From an uncultured Kofleriaceae bacterium (lineage in GTDB: Bacteria > Myxococcota_A > Polyangia > Haliangiales > Haliangiaceae): a stretch of DNA of 22,152 bases. This document shows positions 1-7,997 of this stretch, piece after piece (the stretch's first letter is position 1; each line of letters begins with the position of its first letter). The stretch is from NCBI GenBank assembly GCA_964617845.1, contig CAZUAR010000026.1, positions 20,669 through 42,820 of the forward strand, read 5' to 3'. Position numbers and translations under genes: made by a program. The notes beneath the pieces were generated by a model. It was given only the letters and a program-made list of their open reading frames with translations. It was not told where the DNA came from and did no database searches.

Positions 1-945
1 GCCCCGGCCCCAGGGGCGGACGGCAAGGCCGCGCCGAAGGGCGACGCGAAGAAGCCCGAGACGAGCTCCGAGGCGAAGAAGCCCGAGCCGAAGAGGCCCG
101 AGCCGCCCGACGACGAAGACGACCCGAACAAGCTGCCGACGGCGCCGCCGTGGTGGAAGACGCTGCGCGCGGATCCGCCGCCGCTCGTCCGCGCGGCGCT
201 CGGCGCCACCCTGATCTCGCTCGTCCTCCTGCTCTGGTTCGTGCTCACGTACGGCGACGATCCGACGTCGCGCATCGTGTCGCCGTCCAAGCTGCCGAGC
301 CCGGGCGAGGTGTTCGGCTCGCTCGGCAAGCTGCTCGATCGCGACTTCACCGACAGCCTGATCGACACGCTGATCCGCGTGTTCAAGGGCATCGGCCTCG
401 CCGCGTTGATCGGCATCACCGCCGGCGTCTGGGCGGGTGCGAACCGCGGCGTCGGCAGCGCGCTCGAGCCGCTCGTCATCTTCCTGCGCTCGGTGCCGAT
501 GGGCGCGCTGATCCCGCTGACGCTGCTCCTCTTCGGTGACGGCGAGAAGCAGAAGTGGATGTTCATCTTCCTCGCGGTCGTGCCGTTCGTGTTCAGCGAC
601 ACGGTCAAGGCGGTGTCGATCGTGCCCGAGCGGTACGTCGAGACCGCGCAGACGCTCGGCGCGTCGCGCTTGCAGATCATCCGCAAGGTGCTCATCCCGC
701 TCGCGCTGCCGGACATCATCACGAGCTTGCGATTCCTCCTCGGTCTCGCACTCGGCTACATCATGCTCGTCGAGGTCGTGAACACGCCGCACGGCCTGGG
801 CACGATGCTCAACACGAGCCAGCGCCAGGGGCTCTACGAGCAGATCTATCTGCTCCTGTTCGTGATCACGTTCGTCGCGTTCGCGCTCGACTTCCTCCTT
901 CGCGGCCTGCAGCGCGAAGCGTTCCGCTGGAGGAAGGACCTGTGA
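1..945 (+). CDS. ABC transporter permease, NitT/TauT (SsuC/TauC/NrtB-like) family. The 5' end runs off the window because frame 1 is open from nt 1. K/P/E-rich N-terminal extension (AKKPE repeats) precedes the first TM helix.
   Basis: Frame 1 is open from position 1 through TGA at 943-945. Permease signature ETAQTLGASRLQIIRKVLIPLALP (EAA-loop, ...LGAS..Q......LP). Multiple hydrophobic helices. High GC3. Confidence 0.85.
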   Translation, partial: APAPGADGKAAPKGDAKKPETSSEAKKPEPKRPEPPDDEDDPNKLPTAPPWWKTLRADPPPLVRAALGATLISLVLLLWFVLTYGDDPTSRIVSPSKLPSPGEVFGSLGKLLDRDFTDSLIDTLIRVFKGIGLAALIGITAGVWAGANRGVGSALEPLVIFLRSVPMGALIPLTLLLFGDGEKQKWMFIFLAVVPFVFSDTVKAVSIVPERYVETAQTLGASRLQIIRKVLIPLALPDIITSLRFLLGLALGYIMLVEVVNTPHGLGTMLNTSQRQGLYEQIYLLLFVITFVAFALDFLLRGLQREAFRWRKDL

Positions 946-2207
946 CCCACGACGCGAAGCAGCCGCCCGGCGGCACCGGCACCGGCCCCGCGGGCGGCGT
1001 CGCGAAGACGCCGACGCCACCCGCGCGCGATCCCGCCGCCGAGGCCGCCGCGCTCGAGGCCGAGGACTCGCCGGCGAAGGTGTCCGCGATTCCGGAGCCC
1101 AAGACGCCCGCGCCGTCGCCGTCGATCGAGGTGAAGCCGGTCGCGCCGCTCGGCAAGCCGCTCGCGAAGCCGCCGGTCGTGCTGTTCGACAAGGTGACCA
1201 AGACGTACGGCAAGGGCAGCGCCGCGTTCACCGCGATCAAGGATGTCTCGTTCGAGATCCCGGACTATCCGGGGCGCGGCGAGTTCGTCTCGATCCTCGG
1301 CCCGTCGGGCTGCGGCAAGTCGACGGTGATCCGGCTGATCGCGGGCCTCTTGCCGCAGTTCCCGCAGACGTCGGGGCGCGTGCTCATCGACGGCAAGCCG
1401 GTGAAGGGCCCGGGCCCCGATCGCGGCATGGTGTTCCAGGACTACACCTCGTTCGACAACCGCACCGTCCTCGAGAACGTCGCGTTCGGTCTCGAGTGCC
1501 GCGGGCTCACGCGCGCGATCGCGAGCGTCTCGCGCAAGCAGACCGTCACGCAGTACACGACGCACCAGGCGCACGACTTCTCGCGCGGCATGAAGGTCGC
1601 GATCCAGGGCATCGGCGATGCGTCGTTCAACGGCTCGTTCGAGATCGCGGCGACTCCCGCGCCGAACGTGTTCACGGTGCAACAGCAGGGCGAGGACGGT
1701 CATCGCGGCGAAGGCGGCACCGTCACCGTGCCGAAGCTGTCGAAGAGCGAGCGCAACGACCGCGCGAAGTACTGGATCGAGAAGGTCGGCCTCTCCGTCA
1801 AGCGCGACTCCGACAAGTATCCGCACCAGCTCTCCGGAGGCATGCGCCAGCGCGTCGCGATCGCGCGCACGCTGATCCTCGAGCCGCGCATCATCCTGAT
1901 GGACGAGCCGTTCGGTGCGCTCGATCCGCCTACCCGCTCGCGCATGCAGGACAACCTGGTCGCGCTGTGGCGCGAGCAATCGCCAACGATCTTCTTCATC
2001 ACGCACTCGATCGAAGAAGCCGTGTTCCTCGGCGACCATATCCTCATGTTCTCGACATCGCCGGGCACGGTCCTCGAGCAGATCCGCGTGCCGCCGCCCG
2101 ATCGCCCGTCGATCGTGATGCAGCGCGATCCGAAGTTCATCGAGATCGTCCTCGGTCTGCGCGAGAAGATCGACCACCTCGAATCGTCGCAGCGAGCGGG
2201 GGACTGA
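942..2207 (+). CDS. ABC transporter ATP-binding protein, NitT/TauT (SsuB/TauB-like) family. Carries an ~85-aa Pro/Ala-rich N-terminal extension and an ~85-aa insertion between the Q-loop and the signature motif.
   Basis: GTG at 942 overlaps the permease stop (GTGA), with AGGAAGGA at 931-938 as an SD. Walker A GPSGCGKST, Q-loop MVFQ, signature LSGGMRQR, Walker B ILMDEPFGALD, H-loop ITHS. ORF-track portion 555-941 is an Arg-rich out-of-frame overlap of the permease and is not coding. Confidence 0.85.
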   Translation: MTHDAKQPPGGTGTGPAGGVAKTPTPPARDPAAEAAALEAEDSPAKVSAIPEPKTPAPSPSIEVKPVAPLGKPLAKPPVVLFDKVTKTYGKGSAAFTAIKDVSFEIPDYPGRGEFVSILGPSGCGKSTVIRLIAGLLPQFPQTSGRVLIDGKPVKGPGPDRGMVFQDYTSFDNRTVLENVAFGLECRGLTRAIASVSRKQTVTQYTTHQAHDFSRGMKVAIQGIGDASFNGSFEIAATPAPNVFTVQQQGEDGHRGEGGTVTVPKLSKSERNDRAKYWIEKVGLSVKRDSDKYPHQLSGGMRQRVAIARTLILEPRIILMDEPFGALDPPTRSRMQDNLVALWREQSPTIFFITHSIEEAVFLGDHILMFSTSPGTVLEQIRVPPPDRPSIVMQRDPKFIEIVLGLREKIDHLESSQRAGD

Positions 2208-2209
2208 CC

Positions 2210-3145
2210 GTGGCAGAGAAGAAAAGAGCCGGCCTGCTTCGCTACCTGAAGGAAGCGTTCATGTTCCGCTGGAACCTGCTCGTCTTCGGCGGTGCCGCGG
2301 CCGCGGCGGTGGTGTCGGGACACGCGGACATCGCCTTGCCGCTCGTGGCCGCCGCGGAGGTCACGTACCTCGCGGGGCTCACCACGCTGCCGCGGTTCCA
2401 GGCCGCGATCGACGCGAAGGCGCGCGCCGAGGAGAAGGGCGATCCGAGCGGCAACGCGCTGCGGAGCCAGGACCAAGGCAACGCGCGCGACCGCATCCTC
2501 GACGTGCTGAAGTCGCTGACCGAGGATCGCCGCTCGCGCTTCCTGCGGCTGCGCGCGCGCTGCGTGGAGATGTCGCGCATCGCGAACGCGGTCCGGGGCG
2601 ACACGCGCGATGCGAGCGGCGCGTCGCACGAGCTGCGAACGCCGGCGCTCGACCGCCTGCTGTGGGTGTTCCTGCGGCTGTTGCTGAGCGAGCAAGCGAT
2701 CTCGCGGTTCCTCCAGGCCGCCGACGAGAGCGCGATCAACAAGACCGTCGCCGACCTGAAGGTGCGCCGCAAGAAGCGCGCGGACTCCGTCGGCGAGGCG
2801 AACCAGGCGGAGGACCGCATCATCCGCTCGCTCGACGACAGCATCGCGACCGCCGAGGCGCGCAAGGAGAACGTCGATCGCGCGCGCCAGAACGCCGAGT
2901 TCATCGCGACCGAGCTCGATCGCCTGGAGAACAAGATCCAGGCGGTCACCGAGATGGCGGTCGGACACTCGGATCCCGACGAGATGTCGAGCCGCATCGA
3001 CGCGATCAGCGAGGGCATCTCGCAGACGGAAGCGACGATCCGCGAGCTGCAGCAGATCACCGGCGTCAGCGATGCAGACACGACGCCGTCGATCCTCGAC
3101 GCGGATCTCGCCGCACCACGGGCGGTTGAAGGGCAGCGCAAATGA
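2210..3145 (+). CDS. Hypothetical membrane-anchored coiled-coil protein: one N-terminal TM helix, then a long helical heptad-like C-terminal region.
   Basis: GTG at 2210, 2 nt after the upstream stop, with GGGGGA at 2197-2202. Alternative ATG at 2261 with GGAAG at 2251-2255. Hydrophobic segment WNLLVFGGAAAAAVVSG...LPLVAAA. C-terminal region rich in E/R/K/A/I with periodicity (IATAEARKENVDRARQNAEFIATELDRLENKIQAVTEM). The stop is embedded in ATGA with the next start. Confidence 0.6.
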   Translation: MAEKKRAGLLRYLKEAFMFRWNLLVFGGAAAAAVVSGHADIALPLVAAAEVTYLAGLTTLPRFQAAIDAKARAEEKGDPSGNALRSQDQGNARDRILDVLKSLTEDRRSRFLRLRARCVEMSRIANAVRGDTRDASGASHELRTPALDRLLWVFLRLLLSEQAISRFLQAADESAINKTVADLKVRRKKRADSVGEANQAEDRIIRSLDDSIATAEARKENVDRARQNAEFIATELDRLENKIQAVTEMAVGHSDPDEMSSRIDAISEGISQTEATIRELQQITGVSDADTTPSILDADLAAPRAVEGQRK

Positions 3146-4947
3146 CCGAAGGCGATGCGAAGGGCAACGACAAGAAGACGCTCGCCGGCAATGACGGCGT
3201 CACCAAGGCGACCGCGCTGCCGCCGCACTTCCCGGCGTGGGCCGGCAAGCTCGCCGAGCTGTACTTCAGCGGCACGACGTCGATGTTCATCGTGCACGGC
3301 AACACCTTCGACGTCGTGCGCGCCGCGCCGGACCGGTGGACCGGGCTGACGGAGTTCCTCTCCGAGCAGCTGTTCGGCCGGTGGGACCTCGTGATCAAGT
3401 ACGACCTCGCGAGCGGCCTGCGCTGCAGCGCGGGCTCGAACAGCAAGCGCCTGCAGGACATGGTCGAGACCGCAAACCGGTGGCTCGGCGATCTGCGCGC
3501 CCTGCCCCGCGATCCGACGAAGGGCCTGCTCGCGCTCGATCTGTTCGTGCAGAAGAACGTGATGGCGGACCCCGAGAAGCGGCTCCGCTGCGCGATCATC
3601 ATCGACCACGCGGGCTACGTGGCGCCGAACGGCGACAACCTCGACCTCAACGAGCAGACGCACCTCGTGACGCTGCTCAACTGGTCGTCGAGCCCGTACG
3701 TCAAGCGCTTGAACATGGCGTTCGTGCTGATCGATCCACGGCTGTCGTCGATCAACGATCGCCTCGCCGGCAACCCGCACGTCGCTTCGATCGAGGTGCC
3801 GCTGCCCGACGCGCCGGAGCGCACCGCGTTCCTCGAGAACCAGATCAGGATGAGCGGCAAGGACCTGGCGTCGTTCTCCGACTACACGGTCGCGGAGCTC
3901 GGCAAGCTCACCGCGGGCATCGGGCTCACCGATCTCGAGGTGCTGCTCGCGTCGACGATCGAAGGCAATCGCCGTCTCGATCGCGTGTACTTCAAGGAGC
4001 TGAAGAAGCGCCTGATCGAGCGCCAGGCCCAGGGCCTGCTCGAGTTCGTCGAGCCGAAGTGGGGCCTCGACACCGTCGTCGGTCACGACGCGGCGAAGAA
4101 GCGCCTCCTCGACGACGCGGAGCTGATCAAGCGCGGCGAGCTCGACACCGTGCCGATGGGCTACCTGTTCTGCGGACCGGTCGGCACCGGCAAGAGCTTC
4201 CTCGCGACGTGCGTCGCCGGATCGATCGGCATCCCGGCCGTCGTGCTGAAGAACTTCCGCTCCAAGTACGTCGGCGAGACCGAGGGCAACCTCGAGCGCG
4301 TGCTCGGCGTGCTGCGCTCGATGGGCCCGGTCGTCGTCATCGTCGACGAAGCCGACGCGATGCTCGGCGATCGCGATCAGGGCGGCGACTCCGGGGTCGG
4401 CGGTCGCGTGTTCGCGCTGATCGCGTCGCAGATGGGCGACACCGCGTACCGCGGCAAGATCATCTGGATGCTGCTGACGGCGCGCCCCGACAGCCTGCCG
4501 GTCGACCTCAAGCGCCAGGGCCGCGCCGAGGTGCATATCCCGCTGTTCTATCCGGTCGATCAGCAGGAGCTGAAGTCGATGCTCGTCATCCTCGCGCGCA
4601 AGGCGGGCACGCAGATCAACGAGGCCGACCTCCCCGAGACGGTGCCGCACCAGGGCAACCTCAGCGGCGCGGACGTCGAGGGCATCATCGGCCGCGCGTT
4701 CCGTACGTCGCTGCTGTCCGGCTCTCGGACGATCACGAAGGTCGCGCTCGAGCAGGCGCTCGCCGGCTTCATGCCATCGACGCAGACGCTCGAGCGCGAG
4801 GCGCAGGAGCTCGCGGCGATCATCGAGTGCACCGACATCGAGTTCCTGCCGCAGAGCAAGCGAGACAAGCTCGACAAGTTCGGCGGGCGCGAGAAGCTGC
4901 AGGAACGGCTCACCGCCATCAAACAGATCCTCGAAGAACGCAAATAG
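3142..4947 (+). CDS. AAA family ATPase of the classical AAA clade (Ycf46/CDC48-like module) with an ~330-aa uncharacterised N-terminal domain.
   Basis: ATG at 3142 overlaps the upstream stop (ATGA). Walker A GPVGTGKSF, Walker B VVVIVDEADAM, second region of homology LTARPDSLPVDLKRQGRAEVHIPL (compare TNRPD..D.AL.RPGRFD). Coherent codon bias. Confidence 0.85.
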   Translation: MTEGDAKGNDKKTLAGNDGVTKATALPPHFPAWAGKLAELYFSGTTSMFIVHGNTFDVVRAAPDRWTGLTEFLSEQLFGRWDLVIKYDLASGLRCSAGSNSKRLQDMVETANRWLGDLRALPRDPTKGLLALDLFVQKNVMADPEKRLRCAIIIDHAGYVAPNGDNLDLNEQTHLVTLLNWSSSPYVKRLNMAFVLIDPRLSSINDRLAGNPHVASIEVPLPDAPERTAFLENQIRMSGKDLASFSDYTVAELGKLTAGIGLTDLEVLLASTIEGNRRLDRVYFKELKKRLIERQAQGLLEFVEPKWGLDTVVGHDAAKKRLLDDAELIKRGELDTVPMGYLFCGPVGTGKSFLATCVAGSIGIPAVVLKNFRSKYVGETEGNLERVLGVLRSMGPVVVIVDEADAMLGDRDQGGDSGVGGRVFALIASQMGDTAYRGKIIWMLLTARPDSLPVDLKRQGRAEVHIPLFYPVDQQELKSMLVILARKAGTQINEADLPETVPHQGNLSGADVEGIIGRAFRTSLLSGSRTITKVALEQALAGFMPSTQTLEREAQELAAIIECTDIEFLPQSKRDKLDKFGGREKLQERLTAIKQILEERK

Positions 4948-4963
4948 GACAGGAGATAACGCC

Positions 4964-5257
4964 ATGGCACGCAGCAGCTGGATCAACGACGACTCGACGC
5001 CGGATCTCGACGAGCACGTCGGCAAGCTCGAACACTTCGCCACCGCGCTGGCCGACGGCGTGGTCGACGCGAAGGAGCTGTCGACGCAGGAGGCGAACCT
5101 CGTCGCGGCGATGAAGGCCGTCGAGGGCTCGCTGTCCGACGATCAGCACCAGAAGGTCACCAAGCTCCTCGCCGAGCTGACGGCGTACAGCGTCATGCGC
5201 ACGCTGCACGAGATGGCGCAGGCGCGCGTGGCCCAGGCGGTCGCAGCGAAGAAGTAG
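4964..5257 (+). CDS. Hypothetical small acidic protein (97 aa), predicted all-helical.
   Basis: ATG at 4964 preceded by AGGAGA (4951-4956, 7-nt spacer) in a locally AT-richer linker. Non-shadow amino-acid composition (D/E/K/Q/T-rich). 16 nt downstream of the AAA gene stop. Confidence 0.6.
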   Translation: MARSSWINDDSTPDLDEHVGKLEHFATALADGVVDAKELSTQEANLVAAMKAVEGSLSDDQHQKVTKLLAELTAYSVMRTLHEMAQARVAQAVAAKK

Positions 5258-5259
5258 CC

Positions 5260-5799
5260 GTGGGCGGCCTCGATCCAGCGCGCCTCAAGGCCATCTTCGA
5301 TCGCGTCGAGCGCATGATCGAAGACCGGTGGGGCATCCCCGTGAAGATCAAGGACGTCCCGAATCCGTTCACGGGTGACCTGGACGGCGAGCAGATCCAC
5401 ATCGACTACGACATCGAGGTCGAGGACGCGCTGTTCGTCCTCGTCCACCTGTTCGGGCACACCGTGCAGTGGAACATGTCGGAGGACCTGCGCGAGATCG
5501 CGTTCCTCAAGCCGGACCAGTGGACGGACGAGCTTTTGGCGCGGCTGTCGGCCTACGAGGCGGAAGCCTGCCAGTACAGCCTCCAGCTCCTCCACGACGC
5601 CGGCGTGTACGACCTCGACCAGTGGGTGGCGGACTTCGCGGCGTGCGACTCCGCCTACCTGATGCACTTCTATAAGACGGGCGAGAAGCGAGCGTTCCGG
5701 TCGTTCTGGACCGATGGCAACCCGGTGCTTACCCCAAAGCCCATCCCCGAGTTCAAGCCAACCATGTGGCTCGCTCGGAACGATGGCGTGGTGATCTAG
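5260..5799 (+). CDS. Hypothetical protein (179 aa) with an HLFGH...E...E motif. Unknown function.
   Basis: GTG at 5260, 2 nt after the upstream TAG, with AAGAAG upstream. Alternative internal ATG about 18 codons downstream. Composition is W/Y/F/D/E-rich and not shadow-like. Ends TAG 5797-5799. Confidence 0.55.
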   Translation: MGGLDPARLKAIFDRVERMIEDRWGIPVKIKDVPNPFTGDLDGEQIHIDYDIEVEDALFVLVHLFGHTVQWNMSEDLREIAFLKPDQWTDELLARLSAYEAEACQYSLQLLHDAGVYDLDQWVADFAACDSAYLMHFYKTGEKRAFRSFWTDGNPVLTPKPIPEFKPTMWLARNDGVVI

Positions 5800-5822
5800 T
5801 CGTTGCTGTATGCTGAGACGGG

Positions 5823-7997
5823 GTGCTCGCGCGACGGATCATTGTCGTGGCTCCGGACAAGGCGTTCGGGAAGCAGCTCGCGGTTGCCCTGAAGGCCGCG
5901 GGCGGCACCGTCGACTCGCATACAGGCCTCGACCAGCTCGGTAACCAGATCCAGGCCGCGCTGATCGTGGTGCACCTCGACGGTGACATCGCGGGCATCG
6001 GACCGGACCTGCTCCAGCGGTTGATCGGCGACACGCGGATGATCGCGATCCTTCCGCGCTCGAACCTCGCCGCGGTCGTCGACATCATGCAGGCGTCCGA
6101 TCGCGTCGCGGGCATGGTCGTGGCCGAGGACTTCGACTCGCGACAGCTGTCCGCGATGGCGACGCGCGTGCTGTCCGGCGACATCTTCGGTGTCGACAAG
6201 CTGATCCTGTGGGGCACGCAGATCCACTCGTGCCTCGTCGGCGACTACCAGGAGAAGTCGCTGTGCATCTCGCAGATCAGCGAGTTCGCCGAGATGATGG
6301 GCGTGCGGCGCAAGTATCGCGAGTCGATCGAGCAGTGCATCGACGAGATGCTGATGAACGCGTTGTACGACGCGCCCGTCGACGATCAGGGAAAGCAGAT
6401 CTTCTCCGAGATCCCGACGAAGACACGCATCTCGCTCCGGCTCGATCAGAAGGCGGTCGTGCAGTACGCGTGCGACGGGCATCAGTTCGTCGTCGCGGTG
6501 CGCGATGCGTTCGGCACCCTCGAGCGCTCGACGGTGCTGCGCTACCTGCACAAGTGCCTCCACAGCGAGCAGCAGATCGATCGCAAGGCCGGCGGTGCGG
6601 GCCTCGGGCTCTACCTGATGACGAACGCGTCGTCGACGGTCTACTTCAACGTGCTGCCCGGCGTCGCGACCGAAGCGGTGTGCTGCTTCGATCTCGAGCA
6701 GCCGAAGATGCAGCTCGAGGCGTTCGGCTTCTTCCACGAGAAGATCGACGCCGCGGGTCGCCTCGCGACCGGACCGTCGCGGCGGTTGCCCATGGGGCAT
6801 CCCGTCGAGCGGCGCGCGCCTCGCCACCCGCCGGCGCCGCAGCAGTCGCGCGCGGTCATCTACGTGCTGGTCGCCGCGATCGTCGCGACGCTCGCGCTCG
6901 TCGGCGTCGCGGCCTACCCGCGCCTGTTCGGCGTGCAAAAGACCGCGGTCACGATCAAGACCGTGCCCAAGGGCGCGCTGATCGAGGTCGAAGGCAAGAA
7001 CGCGGGCACCGCCACGGACGGCACGCTCGTCGTGCGCGAGCTCGAGGTCGGGCGCGCGTATCCGATCGTCGCGCGCCTCGACGGATACGAGCCGCGCCAG
7101 GCCGTGGTGCAGCCGCGGTCGGGCACGAACGAGGTCACCCTCGAGCTGCACGCGCTCGCACCGACGGTGCGCATCGACTCGCTGCCGACGGGCGCGAGCG
7201 TCGACATCGACAGCAAGCCCGCGGGCACGACGCCGCTCGTGCTGTCGACGGCCCAGGCCGGAAGCACGATCACCCTGACGTTCAAGAAGAACGGGTACCA
7301 GCCCGCGACCGCGGAGCTCGAGGTTCCCGGCCCCGGCAAGGAGACGCGCCTGATCCAGCCGCTGGCGGTGAGCGATGACCTCGCGCGCATCAAGCTGACC
7401 TCGGAGCCGCCGGGCGCGCAGGTCGTGCAGAATGGCCAGCTGCTCGCCGGCGTGACCACGCCCGCCGAGGTGCTCGTCGAAGCCGGCAAGACCGTGCGCT
7501 TCACGCTGACGATGCCGAACAAGGTGCCGGCGGTGATCGAGCCCTTCACGCCGGGCCGCGGCGCGTCGGGCCTCGTGCGCAACGCGAAGCTCGTCGACGG
7601 CCGCACGCTCACCGTGACCTCGAACCTCGATGGCAAGGTCTCCGTCGGCGGGGCTTCGCACTGCCAGAACCTCGCGGTGCCCGCGACGTGCGTGGTGGCG
7701 CCGGGGCGGTACACGGTCGAGCTCGTCGCTGCCGTCGACCGGGCCGTCGGCGGGAAGGTCACGCGCAAGGTCGCGGTCGGCGAGAAGGGCGCGGCGGCGA
7801 TCGAGGAGAAGATCGAGCTCGGCTACGTCGAGGCCGGCCCGAACAAGCTGATCGATCTCGGCGGCAAGAAGGTCCGGCGCGTCGCGTTCGAGGTCGGCCC
7901 GCGCAAGGTGACGGTCGTCGGCACGCCCGGCCATGACGAGCCCGCGCACCCCGCGAATGTCGTGGTGAAAGCGGGCGCGACGGTGATCGTCAACTGA
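5823..7997 (+). CDS. Multidomain membrane signalling protein: N-terminal degenerate receiver-like domain, GHKL/HATPase-like (anti-sigma-factor-like) region, one TM helix, and a C-terminal tandem of PEGA domains.
   Basis: GTG at 5823 is the first start after an in-frame TGA at 5814. Receiver-like IIVVAPD...LIVVHLDGD...IAILPRS lacks the conserved Lys. N-box-like IEQCIDEMLMNALYDAP and G2-like GGAGLGLYLM. TM helix AVIYVLVAAIVATLALVGVAAYP at about 6850-6918. Repeated P.GA.V modules (TVPKGALIEV, SLPTGASVDI, SEPPGAQVVQ) typical of PEGA domains. Confidence 0.75.
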   Translation: MLARRIIVVAPDKAFGKQLAVALKAAGGTVDSHTGLDQLGNQIQAALIVVHLDGDIAGIGPDLLQRLIGDTRMIAILPRSNLAAVVDIMQASDRVAGMVVAEDFDSRQLSAMATRVLSGDIFGVDKLILWGTQIHSCLVGDYQEKSLCISQISEFAEMMGVRRKYRESIEQCIDEMLMNALYDAPVDDQGKQIFSEIPTKTRISLRLDQKAVVQYACDGHQFVVAVRDAFGTLERSTVLRYLHKCLHSEQQIDRKAGGAGLGLYLMTNASSTVYFNVLPGVATEAVCCFDLEQPKMQLEAFGFFHEKIDAAGRLATGPSRRLPMGHPVERRAPRHPPAPQQSRAVIYVLVAAIVATLALVGVAAYPRLFGVQKTAVTIKTVPKGALIEVEGKNAGTATDGTLVVRELEVGRAYPIVARLDGYEPRQAVVQPRSGTNEVTLELHALAPTVRIDSLPTGASVDIDSKPAGTTPLVLSTAQAGSTITLTFKKNGYQPATAELEVPGPGKETRLIQPLAVSDDLARIKLTSEPPGAQVVQNGQLLAGVTTPAEVLVEAGKTVRFTLTMPNKVPAVIEPFTPGRGASGLVRNAKLVDGRTLTVTSNLDGKVSVGGASHCQNLAVPATCVVAPGRYTVELVAAVDRAVGGKVTRKVAVGEKGAAAIEEKIELGYVEAGPNKLIDLGGKKVRRVAFEVGPRKVTVVGTPGHDEPAHPANVVVKAGATVIVN

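Noticed and set aside
150-539. 129-aa +3 frame ORF inside the permease gene
   Set aside because: Arg/Pro/Ala-rich shadow of the permease reading frame.
555-941. Upstream portion of track ORF 555-2207 that would extend the ABC ATPase N-terminus by 129 aa
   Set aside because: It overlaps the permease gene out of frame and translates as Arg-rich junk. GTG at 942 with an AGGAAGGA SD and GTGA stop/start coupling is the credible start.
1497-1751. Possibility that the ABC ATPase insertion is a frameshift artefact, an intein or a mobile insertion
   Set aside because: The frame is continuous with uniform codon bias, with no intein Cys/Ser...HN boundaries and no flanking repeats. Treated as a native insertion and reported as a finding.
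846-2177. 443-aa minus-strand ORF antisense to the ABC ATPase gene
   Set aside because: Arg/Ala/Asp-dominated composition typical of GC-rich shadow frames. The opposite strand carries a complete set of ABC ATPase motifs.
2242-5043. 933-aa minus-strand ORF spanning the coiled-coil and AAA genes
   Set aside because: Shadow ORF with runs of R/A/L and no motifs. The plus strand encodes an unambiguous AAA ATPase with Walker A, Walker B and SRH.
5796-7949. 717-aa minus-strand ORF antisense to the PEGA protein gene
   Set aside because: Extremely Arg-rich (RRRR runs). The plus strand has receiver-like, GHKL-like and PEGA modules.
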